This document shows positions 1 to 9,805 of a stretch of DNA of 64,000 nt, piece after piece (within the stretch, counting starts at the first letter, position 1; the number at the start of each line of letters is the position of its first letter). This DNA is from an uncultured Thermoleophilia bacterium. Lineage in GTDB: Bacteria; Actinomycetota; Thermoleophilia; Gaiellales; Gaiellaceae. A program made the translations under genes and the position numbers. Under the pieces are notes generated by a model. That model searched no databases. It was not told the origin of the DNA and worked only from the letters and a program-made list of their open reading frames with translations. The DNA is taken from assembly GCA_963703435.1 (NCBI GenBank), contig CAVPEJ010000002.1:1179328-1243327 (forward strand), given 5' to 3'.

Positions 1-1317
1 AACCCGCTGCAGTTCCTGGAGGGCTCGGACGGCGGCCTGATGCGCTCGAGCGGCTCGCTCACCGACGCCTCCGCGAGCGGGTTCAACGACTGCAGCCACC
101 GCAACCTCGGCGCCGCGAGCAAGGCGGCGTGCACCAACCTGCTCAAGGCGATCCCGACCGGCCTGACCGGCCTGAACACGGGCCTGTCGACGCTGCAGTT
201 CCAGAGCGTCTCGATCAACCCGGCCAACCCGGCCGACCTCCAGGGCGGGACGCAGGACAACGGCACCTTCGAAGGGCTCGCCTCGAGCTCGAGCTGGCCC
301 GAGACGATGTACGGCGACGGAGGCCAGTCCGGCTTCGACGTCGGCAACCCGCACATCCGCTTCAACAACTTCTTCTCGCCGTACTTCGACGAGAACTTCC
401 GCGACGGCGATCCGACCGCTTGGGTCGTGATCTCGGGCCCGCTCTGGCTGCCGAACGGCCACCCGAGAGAGGCAACCGCCTTCTACGTGCCGGAGATCGG
501 TGACCCGGTGGTGTCGGGCACGCAGTTCTACGGTGCCCAGCACGTGTGGCGGACGACCGACAACGGCGGCGACCAGGCGTCCCTCGAGGCGAACTGCCCC
601 GAGTTCACGACGCCCGGCAGCCAGCAGGGCTGCGGCGACCTCAAGCCGCTCGGCGATCCGTCGGGCGCAGGGGGTCCCGGCACGCCCGGTGACCTGACGT
701 CGACCCAGTACGGCACCGACCGGACCGGCGATTACATCGTGTCGATCGCCCGGGCTCCGAGCGACCACTCGACGATGTGGGTCGCCACCCGCGCCGGCCG
801 CGTGTTCGTCTCACGGAACGCCGACGCGGCCGACCCGGCGAGCGTCTCGTTCACCCGGATCGACTCGCTCGCCTCGACCGACCCCGGGCGGTTCGTGTCG
901 GGCATCGTCGTCGACCCGAGCAACCCGTTGAAGGCCTACGTCTCGTACTCGGGCTACAACGCGAACACCCCGGCTCAGCCCGGTCACGTGTTCATCGTCA
1001 ACTACAGCCCGACCGCAGGTACGGCAACGTGGACGAACATGGACAACGGCTCCGGGCCGATGGGCGATCTGCCCGTCACCGGAATCGCGTACGACGCGAA
1101 GGCGCAGCTGATGTACGCGTCGACCGACTTCGGTGTCCTCGTGCAGGCGAACACGCGCTCGAGCGCGTGGAAGCTGGCGGCGCGCGGCATGCCGATGGTC
1201 GAGGTCGCGGGGCTGACCCTCGACACGAAGAACCGGATCCTCTACGCCGCGACGCACGGGCGCGGGATCTGGAGCCTCAAGCTCCCGTCCGCACTGTTCG
1301 GACCTTTCGGCGGTTAG
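1..1317 (+). CDS. BNR/Asp-box-like beta-propeller protein (sialidase/GH74-like), C-terminal 438 aa; 5' end lies upstream of the window
   Basis: Frame 1 is open from base 1 (NPLQFLEGSDGG...) to TAG 1315-1317. GC3 is high. Motifs seen: GTQDNGT, TTDNGGD, STDFGV. No start codon is needed inside the window. Confidence 0.7.
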   Translation, partial: NPLQFLEGSDGGLMRSSGSLTDASASGFNDCSHRNLGAASKAACTNLLKAIPTGLTGLNTGLSTLQFQSVSINPANPADLQGGTQDNGTFEGLASSSSWPETMYGDGGQSGFDVGNPHIRFNNFFSPYFDENFRDGDPTAWVVISGPLWLPNGHPREATAFYVPEIGDPVVSGTQFYGAQHVWRTTDNGGDQASLEANCPEFTTPGSQQGCGDLKPLGDPSGAGGPGTPGDLTSTQYGTDRTGDYIVSIARAPSDHSTMWVATRAGRVFVSRNADAADPASVSFTRIDSLASTDPGRFVSGIVVDPSNPLKAYVSYSGYNANTPAQPGHVFIVNYSPTAGTATWTNMDNGSGPMGDLPVTGIAYDAKAQLMYASTDFGVLVQANTRSSAWKLAARGMPMVEVAGLTLDTKNRILYAATHGRGIWSLKLPSALFGPFGG

Positions 1318-1341
1318 CCGGAGGAGAACGGACGCAGCTTC

Positions 1342-1369
1342 GGTGGGGGCCCGGCAACGGGCCCCCACC
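1342..1369. terminator. perfect 12-bp GC hairpin between convergent genes (candidate bidirectional terminator)
   Basis: GGTGGGGGCCCG-GCAA-CGGGCCCCCACC lies between the + strand stop (1317) and the - strand stop (1373). No clear U-tract follows. Confidence 0.5.
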
Positions 1370-1372
1370 GTT

Positions 1373-1909
1373 CTAGCTCTGGATCGCGACCGACACCGTG
1401 TGGGCGCGTGCGCCCTGCCGGATCCCGATCGCGTACGTGCCGGCGGAGGCAGGATTGCCGAGCGCCGCGGCCGGAGCGAACGCCACCTGCAGCGTTCCGA
1501 CGGTCAGGGAGTTGCAGGTGATGCCGTGCACGACCGGTAGCCCGACCGTCACCGAGCGTCCGGACACCGAGACCTTCGACGGCGCCTTCCCGTTGACGCG
1601 AACCGCCCCGGCGGCGATCGCGTGCGGGAGCTGCGCGGCGCGCGGCAGCGTCACCACAACGGGGGCACCGGTCGGGCGCCCGCAGCGCAGGAGGCTCTGT
1701 AGCCGCACGGTCAGCGCGACGCGCCCGGCACCTGCCTTCACCGTAGAAAGCTGCACGGTCGCCTTGTGGTCGGGCGACTGGAAATCGACCGCGTCCACCG
1801 CGGTGCCCACGAGCGGCATCACGATCATCGGCGGGCTGACGGCAGGCGCGGCACCGGCGGCTGCCAGGGCCCCGACACCCACGAGCACGACCGGCGCGAC
1901 CGACCTCAT
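1373..1909 (-). CDS. hypothetical secreted protein
   Basis: 178-aa ORF with a signal-like N-terminus (MRSVAPVVLVGVGALAAAGAAPA). GC3-rich. No recognisable domain. Confidence 0.6.
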   Translation of the reverse strand: MRSVAPVVLVGVGALAAAGAAPAVSPPMIVMPLVGTAVDAVDFQSPDHKATVQLSTVKAGAGRVALTVRLQSLLRCGRPTGAPVVVTLPRAAQLPHAIAAGAVRVNGKAPSKVSVSGRSVTVGLPVVHGITCNSLTVGTLQVAFAPAAALGNPASAGTYAIGIRQGARAHTVSVAIQS

Positions 1910-1990
1910 CGGCGAGCCAGTCTAGATCTGTTGCCTACACAGCTGTGCGAGGCTGATCGTCCGGGACCTCCGGGCGGCCCGCCACCAGTT

Positions 1991-3319
1991 CTAGCCGTGC
2001 GGCTTGGCGAGCGCGCGGTAGTCGAGAGCCTTGTCGAGAACCGCCTCGTCGACGCCCGCTTCACGGGCCACGTCGCGCAAAGGACGGCCCGACGCGGTCG
2101 CTTCCTTGACGATCTCGGTGGCGCGGTCGTAGCCGATGTGCGGGTTCAAGCCGGTCGCGGCGGCGAGCGTCAGCTCGGCGTAGCGCTCGCACTGTTCGCG
2201 GTTCGCCTGGATCCCGGAGACGCACTTCTCGTCGAGCAGGCGGCAGGCCGCCGCGAGCAGCTTGATCGACTGCAGCAGGTTCCGCGCAAGCAGCGGCACG
2301 AACACGTTCAGCTCAAAATGCCCCTGCATCCCCCCGACCACGATCGCCTGATCGTTGCCGATCACCTGGGCGGCGACCTGTGTCACAACCTCGGGGATCA
2401 CCGGGTTGACCTTGCCGGGCATGATCGACGAGCCCTTCTGGAGCTCCGGCAGGAAGATCTCGGCGAGCCCGGCGCGCGGCCCCGATCCGAGGAAGCGGAG
2501 GTCGTTCGCGATCTTCGTGAGGCTGACCGCAAGCGTCTTCAGCGCGCCCGAAGCCTCGACGAGGCCGTCGCGCGCGGCCTGCGACTCGAACGGATCGGCC
2601 GGCGGCGAGATCGCGAGGCCGGTCGTCCGCTGCAGCTCCGCGCGCACGCGTGCGGCGAACTCCGGGTGCGTGTTGAGTCCCGTGCCGACGGCGGTGCCGC
2701 CTAGCGGGATCTGGCCGAGGCGCTGCAGCGTCGCCTCGACGCGCGCTCGGCCCTCGCGGACCTGCGCCGCGTAGCCGCCGAACTCCTGGCCCAGGGTGAC
2801 GGGAACCGCATCCATCCAGTGCGTCCGGCCCGACTTGACGACATCGTCGAACTCGCGCGCCTTCGCCTCGAGCGCCTCCGCGAGCCCCTCGAGCGCCGGC
2901 AGCAGGTCGTGTGTCGTCTCGTCGAGCGCCGCGAGATGCACCGCGGACGGGAACACGTCGTTCGAGCTCTGCCCGAGGTTCACGTCGTCGTTCGCATGGA
3001 CGTCCTCGCCGGCGAGCGACGCGATCACCTCGTTCGCGTTCATGTTCGACGACGTGCCCGACCCGGTCTGGAACACGTCGATCGGAAACTGGTCGTCCAG
3101 CTCCCCGGCCCCGACACGGTCGGCGGCCGCGGCGATGCGCTCCGCCTTGTCACCGTCGAGCAGCCCCAGCTCGCCGTTAACCCGCGCGGCCGCAGCCTTG
3201 ATCCGCCCGAGCCAGCGGGCGACCGGTGCCGGGATCGGCTCGCCCGACACGGGGAAGTTGTCGATCGCCTTCCGCGTCTCGGCGCCCCACAGTTCGCGCG
3301 CCTGGACCCGTTCGCTCAT
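1991..3319 (-). CDS. class II fumarase/aspartase family lyase (motifs closer to aspartate ammonia-lyase)
   Basis: The 582-aa track ORF is trimmed to ATG 3319 (MSERVQARELWGAETRKAIDNFPVSG). Signatures: GSSIMPGKVNPVIPE, TGSGTSSNMNANEV, GRTHWMDAVPVTLGQEF. The start overlaps the fprA stop (ATGA 3316-3319). Confidence 0.9.
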   Translation of the reverse strand: MSERVQARELWGAETRKAIDNFPVSGEPIPAPVARWLGRIKAAAARVNGELGLLDGDKAERIAAAADRVGAGELDDQFPIDVFQTGSGTSSNMNANEVIASLAGEDVHANDDVNLGQSSNDVFPSAVHLAALDETTHDLLPALEGLAEALEAKAREFDDVVKSGRTHWMDAVPVTLGQEFGGYAAQVREGRARVEATLQRLGQIPLGGTAVGTGLNTHPEFAARVRAELQRTTGLAISPPADPFESQAARDGLVEASGALKTLAVSLTKIANDLRFLGSGPRAGLAEIFLPELQKGSSIMPGKVNPVIPEVVTQVAAQVIGNDQAIVVGGMQGHFELNVFVPLLARNLLQSIKLLAAACRLLDEKCVSGIQANREQCERYAELTLAAATGLNPHIGYDRATEIVKEATASGRPLRDVAREAGVDEAVLDKALDYRALAKPHG

Positions 3320-4674
3320 GACCGTGACTGTACCCGCCGACCTGTCTCGAGCAGGTCGCTCCACGTGTGCAGCTTCACCCGCGGACGCCCGAGCGGCTCG
3401 CCGGCGGCGCGTTCCGCGCCGTCGATCGCCTGCCAGCCCGCGTATTCGACGAAGACGACGCCGCGTTGCTCGAGGAGCGTCTCCAGGTCGTCGCCGCCCG
3501 GCGCCGCGAGCCCTCCCGCTCGCGCATCTGCAAGCAGCGTCTCCACCGTCTCCGTCGCATCCTTCTTGTTTGTCCCGATCACACCGCTCGGGCCGCGTTT
3601 GATCCACCCCGCGGCGTACGTGCGCTCGGCTCCGCGGACACGCCCCGCGTCGTTCGGCAGCACGCCGGAGACGGGGTCGAACGGCACGCCGGGCAGCTCG
3701 ACGCCCTGGTAGCCGACGCTCCGGAGCACGAGCCCGCACGGGATCGTCTCGTGTTCGCCCGTCGACCGCGCGACGAGGCGGCCGCCCTCGTCGACGAGCT
3801 CGTTGCGCACGACGTCCACCGCCTCGATCCGATCGCCGCCGACGATCGCGACGGGGGACGCGAGGAAGCGAAGGACGATCCGCCGGGGGAGCCCCTTCGG
3901 CTCTCGCTCGGAGAACTCGTGCAGCAACTCGACGTTTCGCCGCGCGCGTTCGCGGTCGTGCTCGAGCGCGTCGGCGCTCGCCGGATCGAGCTCGAGGTCC
4001 CTCGGGTCGACGATCACGTCGGCACCCGCGAGCTCGCCGAGCTCCTGCAGCTCCGGCGGCGTAAATGCGGCCTGCACCGGGCCACGGCGGCCGAGCATCA
4101 CGATCTCCCGGATCCCCGAACCGATGATCGCCCGCTCGGCGGCGTCGACGGTGTCGGTCGGCGCCAGCTCCGCCGCGGTGAGCGCCAGCATGCGCGCACA
4201 GTCGATCGCGACGTTTCCATTCCCGACCACGACGGCCCGCTCGTGGGAGAGGTCGAACGCGAGGTCCTGGAAATCGGGGTGGCCGTTGTACCAGGCGACG
4301 AAAGCGGTGGCCGGCCAGGAGCCGGGAAGGTCCTCGCCCGGGATGCCGAGGTGCCGGTCCGTCTGCGCGCCGACGGTGTAGACGACGGCGTCGTAGCGCG
4401 CGAGCAGCTCGTCGTGCGAGACCACGGTGCCGACGTCGACGTTTCCGAAGAAGCGGAACCCCGGGCGCGCCGCGATCCGCTCGAAGGCACGCGAGACGGC
4501 CTTGATGTTCTCGTGGTCGGGTGCAACGCCGAGACGGACGAGCCCCCAGGGCGTCGGCAGCCGGTCGAGCACGTCGACCGCGACGGCCGGGTCCTCGCTC
4601 TTCAGCAGGGCGTCGGCCGCGTAGAAGCCGGCCGGGCCGGAACCGACGACCGCGACGTGGAGCTGCGCGCTCAC
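3316..4674 (-). CDS. fprA: ferredoxin--NADP+ reductase, FprA/adrenodoxin-reductase type
   Basis: Trimmed to GTG 4674 (VSAQLHVAVVGSGPAGFYAA). A second dinucleotide motif is VVGNGNVAIDCARML, and GWIKRGPSGVIGTNK is present. Length 452 aa. Confidence 0.85.
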   Translation of the reverse strand: MSAQLHVAVVGSGPAGFYAADALLKSEDPAVAVDVLDRLPTPWGLVRLGVAPDHENIKAVSRAFERIAARPGFRFFGNVDVGTVVSHDELLARYDAVVYTVGAQTDRHLGIPGEDLPGSWPATAFVAWYNGHPDFQDLAFDLSHERAVVVGNGNVAIDCARMLALTAAELAPTDTVDAAERAIIGSGIREIVMLGRRGPVQAAFTPPELQELGELAGADVIVDPRDLELDPASADALEHDRERARRNVELLHEFSEREPKGLPRRIVLRFLASPVAIVGGDRIEAVDVVRNELVDEGGRLVARSTGEHETIPCGLVLRSVGYQGVELPGVPFDPVSGVLPNDAGRVRGAERTYAAGWIKRGPSGVIGTNKKDATETVETLLADARAGGLAAPGGDDLETLLEQRGVVFVEYAGWQAIDGAERAAGEPLGRPRVKLHTWSDLLETGRRVQSRS

Positions 4675-4705
4675 GCGCGCGAGATTACAGAGGTGTCTCT
4701 GAGCC

Positions 4706-5110
4706 TCAGTGGCAGCTGCCGCAGCCGGCAGCGTCCGCCGGGGCCTCGCCCTCGGCGACCTGGAAGCTCGAGCCGCAGCCGCAGGAGGCGGTCGCGTTCG
4801 GGTTCTCGATCTTGAAGCCGGACTCCGCGAGCGTCTCGAGGAAGTCGACGGTCGAGCCCTGCAGGTACGGCGCGCTGAACGGGTCGACGACGACCTTGAC
4901 TCCGTGGAACTCGAGCTCGTGGTCGCCGGCCTGTGCGCCACGGTCGAAGCCGAGCGCGTACTCGAAGCCGCTGCACCCGCCGCCCTGGATCGCGACGCGC
5001 AGGACCTCCGCGTCGCCGGCCGGCTCCTCCGCCATCAGACCGCGGATCTTCTCGGCCGCACGCTCGGTGAGCGTGAGCACGGCCTCGGTCCTGATCTCGG
5101 TGGTCGCCAT
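4706..5110 (-). CDS. erpA: Fe-S cluster insertion protein, ErpA/IscA/HesB family, with extra C-terminal Cys-rich tail
   Basis: Contains [13 protein letters not shown] and [14 protein letters not shown] (the three family Cys residues). A 17-aa tail follows, ending AAGCGSCH. Confidence 0.85.
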   Translation of the reverse strand: MATTEIRTEAVLTLTERAAEKIRGLMAEEPAGDAEVLRVAIQGGGCSGFEYALGFDRGAQAGDHELEFHGVKVVVDPFSAPYLQGSTVDFLETLAESGFKIENPNATASCGCGSSFQVAEGEAPADAAGCGSCH

Positions 5111-5257
5111 CGCGGTCTCAGTGTAGCCGGAGGGGTGTCGAACGGGCAGTTCGTGACACCTGCAACGCCGATCACTTCACGGTTTCGGGTTCCGTTCGTG
5201 CGACACGTCCGAACCGTGGTAGCGTCCGGCCGCTGGTACGCGAGGAGGCGCGCTCTT

Positions 5258-5620
5258 TTGTTCGACAGCTGGTTGCCGTTCGCGATCTACGGGTTCTTCG
5301 CCCTGATGATCCCTACGACGATGATCGTCGGCAGCTTCGTGTTCGCGCAGCGGCCGCATCGCCGCCTGCGCGCCCGCACCATCCCCTTCGAATCCGGTGT
5401 CTCGCAGGGGCCGCCGCAGCGTCAGCGCTTCACAGTGAGCTTCTACCTGACGGCGATGCTCTTCATCCTCTTCGACATCGAGATCGTCTTCCTGTATCCG
5501 CTCGCGGTGATCCTGCACGAGCTGCGGTGGTTCGGCTTCTTGGAGTTCCTGACGTTCCTGATCGTCCTGCTCGTCGCCTACGTCTACATCTGGCGGAAGG
5601 GCGCCCTCGAGTGGCACTAG
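5258..5620 (+). CDS. nuoA: NADH-quinone oxidoreductase subunit A
   Basis: The C-terminal part of the track ORF reads FESGV...[26 protein letters not shown] chose TTG 5258, which has GAGGAGG about 11 nt upstream. ATG 5303 is an alternative start. Confidence 0.8.
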   Translation: MFDSWLPFAIYGFFALMIPTTMIVGSFVFAQRPHRRLRARTIPFESGVSQGPPQRQRFTVSFYLTAMLFILFDIEIVFLYPLAVILHELRWFGFLEFLTFLIVLLVAYVYIWRKGALEWH

Positions 5621-6192
5621 ACGGCGAACGTCTTCGCGACGCCGGCCTCAAGTCCGAGCGGCTGCTCTGGCCCACCAAGGGGCCGAGCCGCTTCGAGGAG
5701 GAGGTCGACGACCTCGAGCAACGAGTCGGGCTGACCACGCTGCAGAAGGCGGTCGCCTGGGCGCAGACGAACTCGATGTGGCCGGATACGTTCGGGCTCG
5801 CCTGCTGCGCGATCGAGATGATGTCGATCGTCTCGGCGCGGTACGACATCGCGCGGTTCGGCATGGAGCCGTTCCGCGGCTCGCCGCGCCAGGCCGACCT
5901 GCTGATCGTCTCCGGACGCGTCTCGCACAAGATGGCAGCGCCGCTGCGGCAGATCTACGACCAGATGCTCGAGCCCAAGTGGGTGATCGCGATGGGCGCG
6001 TGCGCGAGCTCGGGCGGGATGTTCAACAACTACGCGATCGTGCAGTCGGTCGACAAGCTCGTCCCTGTTGACATCTACGTGCCGGGCTGTCCACCGCGGC
6101 CCGAGCAGCTCGTCGAGGGGATCGTGCGCCTGCACGAGGCGGTCAAGGCCGGAGTGCCACCCGCCTATGAGCTGCGGAGCGTGGCCTCGTGA
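5611..6192 (+). CDS. nuoB: NADH-quinone oxidoreductase subunit B
   Basis: Motifs: [28 protein letters not shown] (N2 cluster ligands). I chose GTG 5611, which overlaps the nuoA end. The start is uncertain. Confidence 0.85.
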   Translation: MALDGERLRDAGLKSERLLWPTKGPSRFEEEVDDLEQRVGLTTLQKAVAWAQTNSMWPDTFGLACCAIEMMSIVSARYDIARFGMEPFRGSPRQADLLIVSGRVSHKMAAPLRQIYDQMLEPKWVIAMGACASSGGMFNNYAIVQSVDKLVPVDIYVPGCPPRPEQLVEGIVRLHEAVKAGVPPAYELRSVAS

Positions 6193-6749
6193 CGACCCCG
6201 GCCGGCGGCTGGGACGCTGTGCCCGGCTTCGTCGGCGCGACCGACCGGCACGGGGAGACGACCGTCACCATCGAGGCGGCAAGCCTGGTCGAGTCCGGGC
6301 GATATCTGCGCGACGAGCTCGGCTACACGTTCCTCGCCGACGTGACGCCGGTCGACTACCTCGGCTGGGGCGAGCCCGGCGTGTCCGGTTACATCGGAAC
6401 GCAGGGCGGCCGCGACCTGAACGTGCCGATGACGCAGGGGTTCCAGGCGGTGCCGCTGCCCAGGCCGAAGCGCTTCGCGATGAACTACCACCTGCTCGCG
6501 ATCGCGTCACCGCCCCGCCGCGTGCGGCTGCAGACGTGGATCGACGACGGCGAGGCGGTGCCCTCGGTCGTCGCGGTCTGGCCGACCGCAGACTGGCACG
6601 AGCGCGAGGCCTACGACCTGATGGGCATCGCGATCGACGGGCATCCCAACCTCGTCCGGATCCTGCTCGACGACGACTGGGAAGGTCACCCGCTGCGCAA
6701 GGACTACCCCCTCGGCGGCGAGCCGGTGCGTTTCTCGGGGGAGGAGTAA
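6189..6749 (+). CDS. nuoC: NADH-quinone oxidoreductase subunit C
   Basis: Contains [12 protein letters not shown] and [13 protein letters not shown] overlap with the nuoB stop. Confidence 0.9.
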   Translation: MTTPAGGWDAVPGFVGATDRHGETTVTIEAASLVESGRYLRDELGYTFLADVTPVDYLGWGEPGVSGYIGTQGGRDLNVPMTQGFQAVPLPRPKRFAMNYHLLAIASPPRRVRLQTWIDDGEAVPSVVAVWPTADWHEREAYDLMGIAIDGHPNLVRILLDDDWEGHPLRKDYPLGGEPVRFSGEE

Positions 6750-6751
6750 GG

Positions 6752-8035
6752 ATGACGGCAACCGTTCGCCGGCCCGGCGCGCGCGGCCCGATCTACGAGG
6801 GCTCGCGCATCCCGCGGCCGATCCCGACCGTCCTGCGGACGCGACCCGAGGTCAAGGCGACCGGCGACGTGATGACCGTCAACTTCGGGCCGAACCACCC
6901 GTCGACGCACGGCGTGCTGCGGCTGATCGTCGACCTCTACGGCGAGGACGTCACCGGCCTCGAGGCGGTCGTCGGCTACCTGCACACGGGCTTCGAGAAG
7001 AACATGGAAGCCAAGACGTGGTGGAAGTGCATCACCTATCCCGAGCGCATCGACTACGTCGCCTTCCAGAACAACGAGTACGTGTTCGTCGCCGCGGTGG
7101 AGAAGCTGCTCGACCTCGACGTGCCGCCGAAGGCGATCTGGATGCGGACGCTGCTCAACGAGCTGAACCGGATCCACTCGCATCTCGTCTGGATCGGGAC
7201 GTCGGCCCTCGAGCTCGGCGCGATCTCGATGTTCTGGTACGCGTTCCGCGAGCGCGAGCTGGTGCTCGACCTCTCGGAGCTCGTCACCGGCTACCGCATG
7301 CACACCCGCTACTTCCAGGTCGGCGGCCTCGCGGAGGACATCCCCCGCGGCTTCTACCCGCAGGCCCGCTCGTTCTGCGAATGGATGCCGAAGGCGATCG
7401 ACGACTACGAGACGCTGCTCACGCGCAACAAGATCTGGCTCGAGCGGACCGAGGGCATCGGCCTGCTGTCGGCGGACGACGCGATCGCGCTCGGGCAGTC
7501 CGGCCCCGTGCTGCGCGCGTCCGGCGTCGACTGGGACATCCGCCGTGACGAGCCCTACCTCGCCTACCACCAGGTCGACTTCCGTGTCCCGGTTTTTCCC
7601 GAGGGCGACGTGTACGCCCGCTACCGCGTGCACATCGAGGAGATGCGCCAGTCGGTCCGCATCATCGAGCAGTGTCTCGACCGGCTCGAGCGGATGGAGG
7701 GCGAGCCGTGGATCGCCGACGACCGCAAGGTGGTGCTGCCGCCCCGGCACGAGCTCCACACGTCGATGGAGTCGCTGATCCATCACTTCAAGATCGTCAC
7801 CGAGGGCTTCCGCGTCCCCGAGGGCGAGGTCTACGTCGCGATCGAGTCGCCGCGCGGCGAGCTCGGGTGCTACGTCTGCTCGGCCGGAGGGCCGAAGCCG
7901 TGGCGCGTGAAGTTCCGCGCTCCGTCCTTCGTGGCGCTCCAGGCGACCGCGACGTGCGTGACGGACGCGCTGATCGCCGACATGATCGCGATCGTCGGCT
8001 CGCTCGACACCGTCATGGGCGAGGTCGACCGGTGA
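6752..8035 (+). CDS. nuoD: NADH-quinone oxidoreductase subunit D
   Basis: Trimmed to ATG 6752, preceded by GGGGAGGAG. Contains NFGPNHPSTHGVLRL and the C-terminal LDTVMGEVDR. Confidence 0.93.
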   Translation: MTATVRRPGARGPIYEGSRIPRPIPTVLRTRPEVKATGDVMTVNFGPNHPSTHGVLRLIVDLYGEDVTGLEAVVGYLHTGFEKNMEAKTWWKCITYPERIDYVAFQNNEYVFVAAVEKLLDLDVPPKAIWMRTLLNELNRIHSHLVWIGTSALELGAISMFWYAFRERELVLDLSELVTGYRMHTRYFQVGGLAEDIPRGFYPQARSFCEWMPKAIDDYETLLTRNKIWLERTEGIGLLSADDAIALGQSGPVLRASGVDWDIRRDEPYLAYHQVDFRVPVFPEGDVYARYRVHIEEMRQSVRIIEQCLDRLERMEGEPWIADDRKVVLPPRHELHTSMESLIHHFKIVTEGFRVPEGEVYVAIESPRGELGCYVCSAGGPKPWRVKFRAPSFVALQATATCVTDALIADMIAIVGSLDTVMGEVDR

Positions 8036-8499
8036 CGGCGCTCTTCCAGGCGATCCAGGCAGAACGGGCGAAGTACCCGGAGGGGTCGCGGAGCGCTGTC
8101 CTGCCCGCGCTCCGGCTCGCACAGGAGCAGCACGGCTGGCTGTCGCCGGACGTGATGCGCGAGGTCGCCGCGGCGCTCGAGGTGACACCCGCGTTCGTCG
8201 CGTCGGTCGCGACCTTCTACGACCAGTTCCACACGGCACCGGTCGGCAAGCACCTCGTCGAGGTCTGCACCAACGTCTCGTGCGCCCTCTACGGCGCGCA
8301 GCAGGTGCTCGAGTCGTTCGAGTCCGAGCTCGGCTGCCGCGCGGGCGAGACGAGCGACGACGGCAAGGTCACGCTGCGGACGATCGAGTGTCTCGGCGGC
8401 TGCGGCTGGGGCACCGTCGTCGCGGTCGACCATGCCTACCGGCTGCGGGTCGGCCCGGAGGACGCGACCGCGATCGTCGAGGAGCTCCGTGCCGGCTGA
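8032..8499 (+). CDS. nuoE: NADH-quinone oxidoreductase subunit E
   Basis: GTG 8032 forms a GTGA overlap with nuoD. 2Fe-2S ligands are present in CTNVSCALYG and ECLGGCGWG. Confidence 0.9.
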   Translation: MTALFQAIQAERAKYPEGSRSAVLPALRLAQEQHGWLSPDVMREVAAALEVTPAFVASVATFYDQFHTAPVGKHLVEVCTNVSCALYGAQQVLESFESELGCRAGETSDDGKVTLRTIECLGGCGWGTVVAVDHAYRLRVGPEDATAIVEELRAG

Positions 8500-9805
8500 G
8501 GTCAGAGAAGTCGTCCTCGCGAACGCGACCACCAGCCTCGCCGAGTACGAGGCCTCCGGCGGCTACGCGCAGCTCGCGCGTGCACGCGCGATGACGCCGG
8601 CCGAGGTGACGGAGGAGCTGCTCACCTCCGAGCTGCGCGGCCGCGGCGGTGCATTCTTCGCGACCGGGCGCAAGTGGTCGTTCGTGCCGTCGAAGGAGCA
8701 GATCCCGAAGCCGCACTACCTCGTCGTCAACGCCGACGAATCGGAGCCGGGCAGCTTCAAGGACAACGAGATCTTGACGCGCGTCCCTCACCGCTTCCTC
8801 GAGGGCTGCCTGATCACCGCGCACGCCGTCGATTCGACCGACGTCTTCGTCTACATCCGCGGCGAGTACACCGGCCCGTACACGGTGGTGGCAGCGGCGC
8901 TCGACGAGCTGCGCGCACGGCCCGATCTCCTCGGCGACGTGAACGTCGTGCTCCACCGCGGAGCCGGGGCATACATCTGCGGCGAGGAGACCGCCCTGAT
9001 CGAGTCGCTCGAGGGGAAGCGCGGGCAGCCGAGGTCGAAGCCGCCGTTCCCGGCGATCTCCGGCGTGTACGGCTCGCCCACCGTCGTCAACAACGTCGAG
9101 ACGATGGCGACCGTGCCGCCGATCCTCGAGCTCGGCGGCCCTGCCTACGCCAAGCTGGGAGTCGAGAACTCCCGCGGCACGCGGGTCGTCTCGGTCTCGG
9201 GCCACGTCGTGAACGGCGGGAACTACGAGATCGAGCCGGGCATCTCGCTGCGGGACCTGATCTACGCCGAGCATCTCGGCGGTGGGATCCCCGACGGGCG
9301 GACGCTGAAGGCGGTGATCCCGGGCGGCTCGTCGACGGTGATCCTGAAGGGCGACGAGATCGACGTTGGCTACGACTTCGACTCGCTGGCCAAGCTGCAC
9401 ACCGCGATGGGCTCGGCGGGTGTCATCTGCCTCGACGGACGCGTCTGCATGGTGCAGCTCGGGATCCGCGTCAGCGAGTTCTACGAGCACGAGTCGTGCG
9501 GCAAGTGCACGCCGTGCCGTGAGGGGACTCGCTGGATGACCGCGATCCTCCGCAAGCTCGAGGCGGGAGACGCGAGCCGCGGCGAGCTCGACCTGCTGCT
9601 CGACATCTGCGACCGGATCAACGGCAAGTGCCTGTGCCCGCTCGGCGAGACGGCCGCCATGGCGGTCGCGAGCTACGTCGCGAAGTTCCGTGACGAGTAC
9701 GTCGCGCACATCGACGAGGGCGGCTGCCCGTTCGGGGACCGCTCGCCGCTCGACCACGTCCTCGCACCGATCGCGATGCACGCGCCCGCAGAGGTGCACG
9801 CATGA
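8489..9805 (+). CDS. nuoF: NADH-quinone oxidoreductase subunit F
   Basis: GTG 8489. Contains GRGGAFFATGRKW (FMN), NADESEPGSFKD and ESCGKCTPCREG (4Fe-4S). Confidence 0.92.
   Translation: MPAEVREVVLANATTSLAEYEASGGYAQLARARAMTPAEVTEELLTSELRGRGGAFFATGRKWSFVPSKEQIPKPHYLVVNADESEPGSFKDNEILTRVPHRFLEGCLITAHAVDSTDVFVYIRGEYTGPYTVVAAALDELRARPDLLGDVNVVLHRGAGAYICGEETALIESLEGKRGQPRSKPPFPAISGVYGSPTVVNNVETMATVPPILELGGPAYAKLGVENSRGTRVVSVSGHVVNGGNYEIEPGISLRDLIYAEHLGGGIPDGRTLKAVIPGGSSTVILKGDEIDVGYDFDSLAKLHTAMGSAGVICLDGRVCMVQLGIRVSEFYEHESCGKCTPCREGTRWMTAILRKLEAGDASRGELDLLLDICDRINGKCLCPLGETAAMAVASYVAKFRDEYVAHIDEGGCPFGDRSPLDHVLAPIAMHAPAEVHA

Noticed and set aside
1938-1947. The 10-bp palindrome CACAGCTGTG, 29 nt upstream of the 1373-1909 gene start.
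   Set aside because: It is a single short palindrome with no second copy in the window, which is insufficient to call an operator.
1991-4941. N-terminal extensions of track ORFs. Examples are 1991-3739, 3316-4941, 23001-24605, 32850-34322, 33455-35230, 43438-44244, 45090-46961, 47281-48402, 48616-49728, 49188-50900, 51400-52086 and 59840-61165.
   Set aside because: The extensions are Arg/Ala/Pro-rich and overlap the upstream gene. In each case a start codon forming a 4-nt ATGA/GTGA overlap, or lying just after the upstream stop, gives a protein that begins at the family-typical N-terminus.
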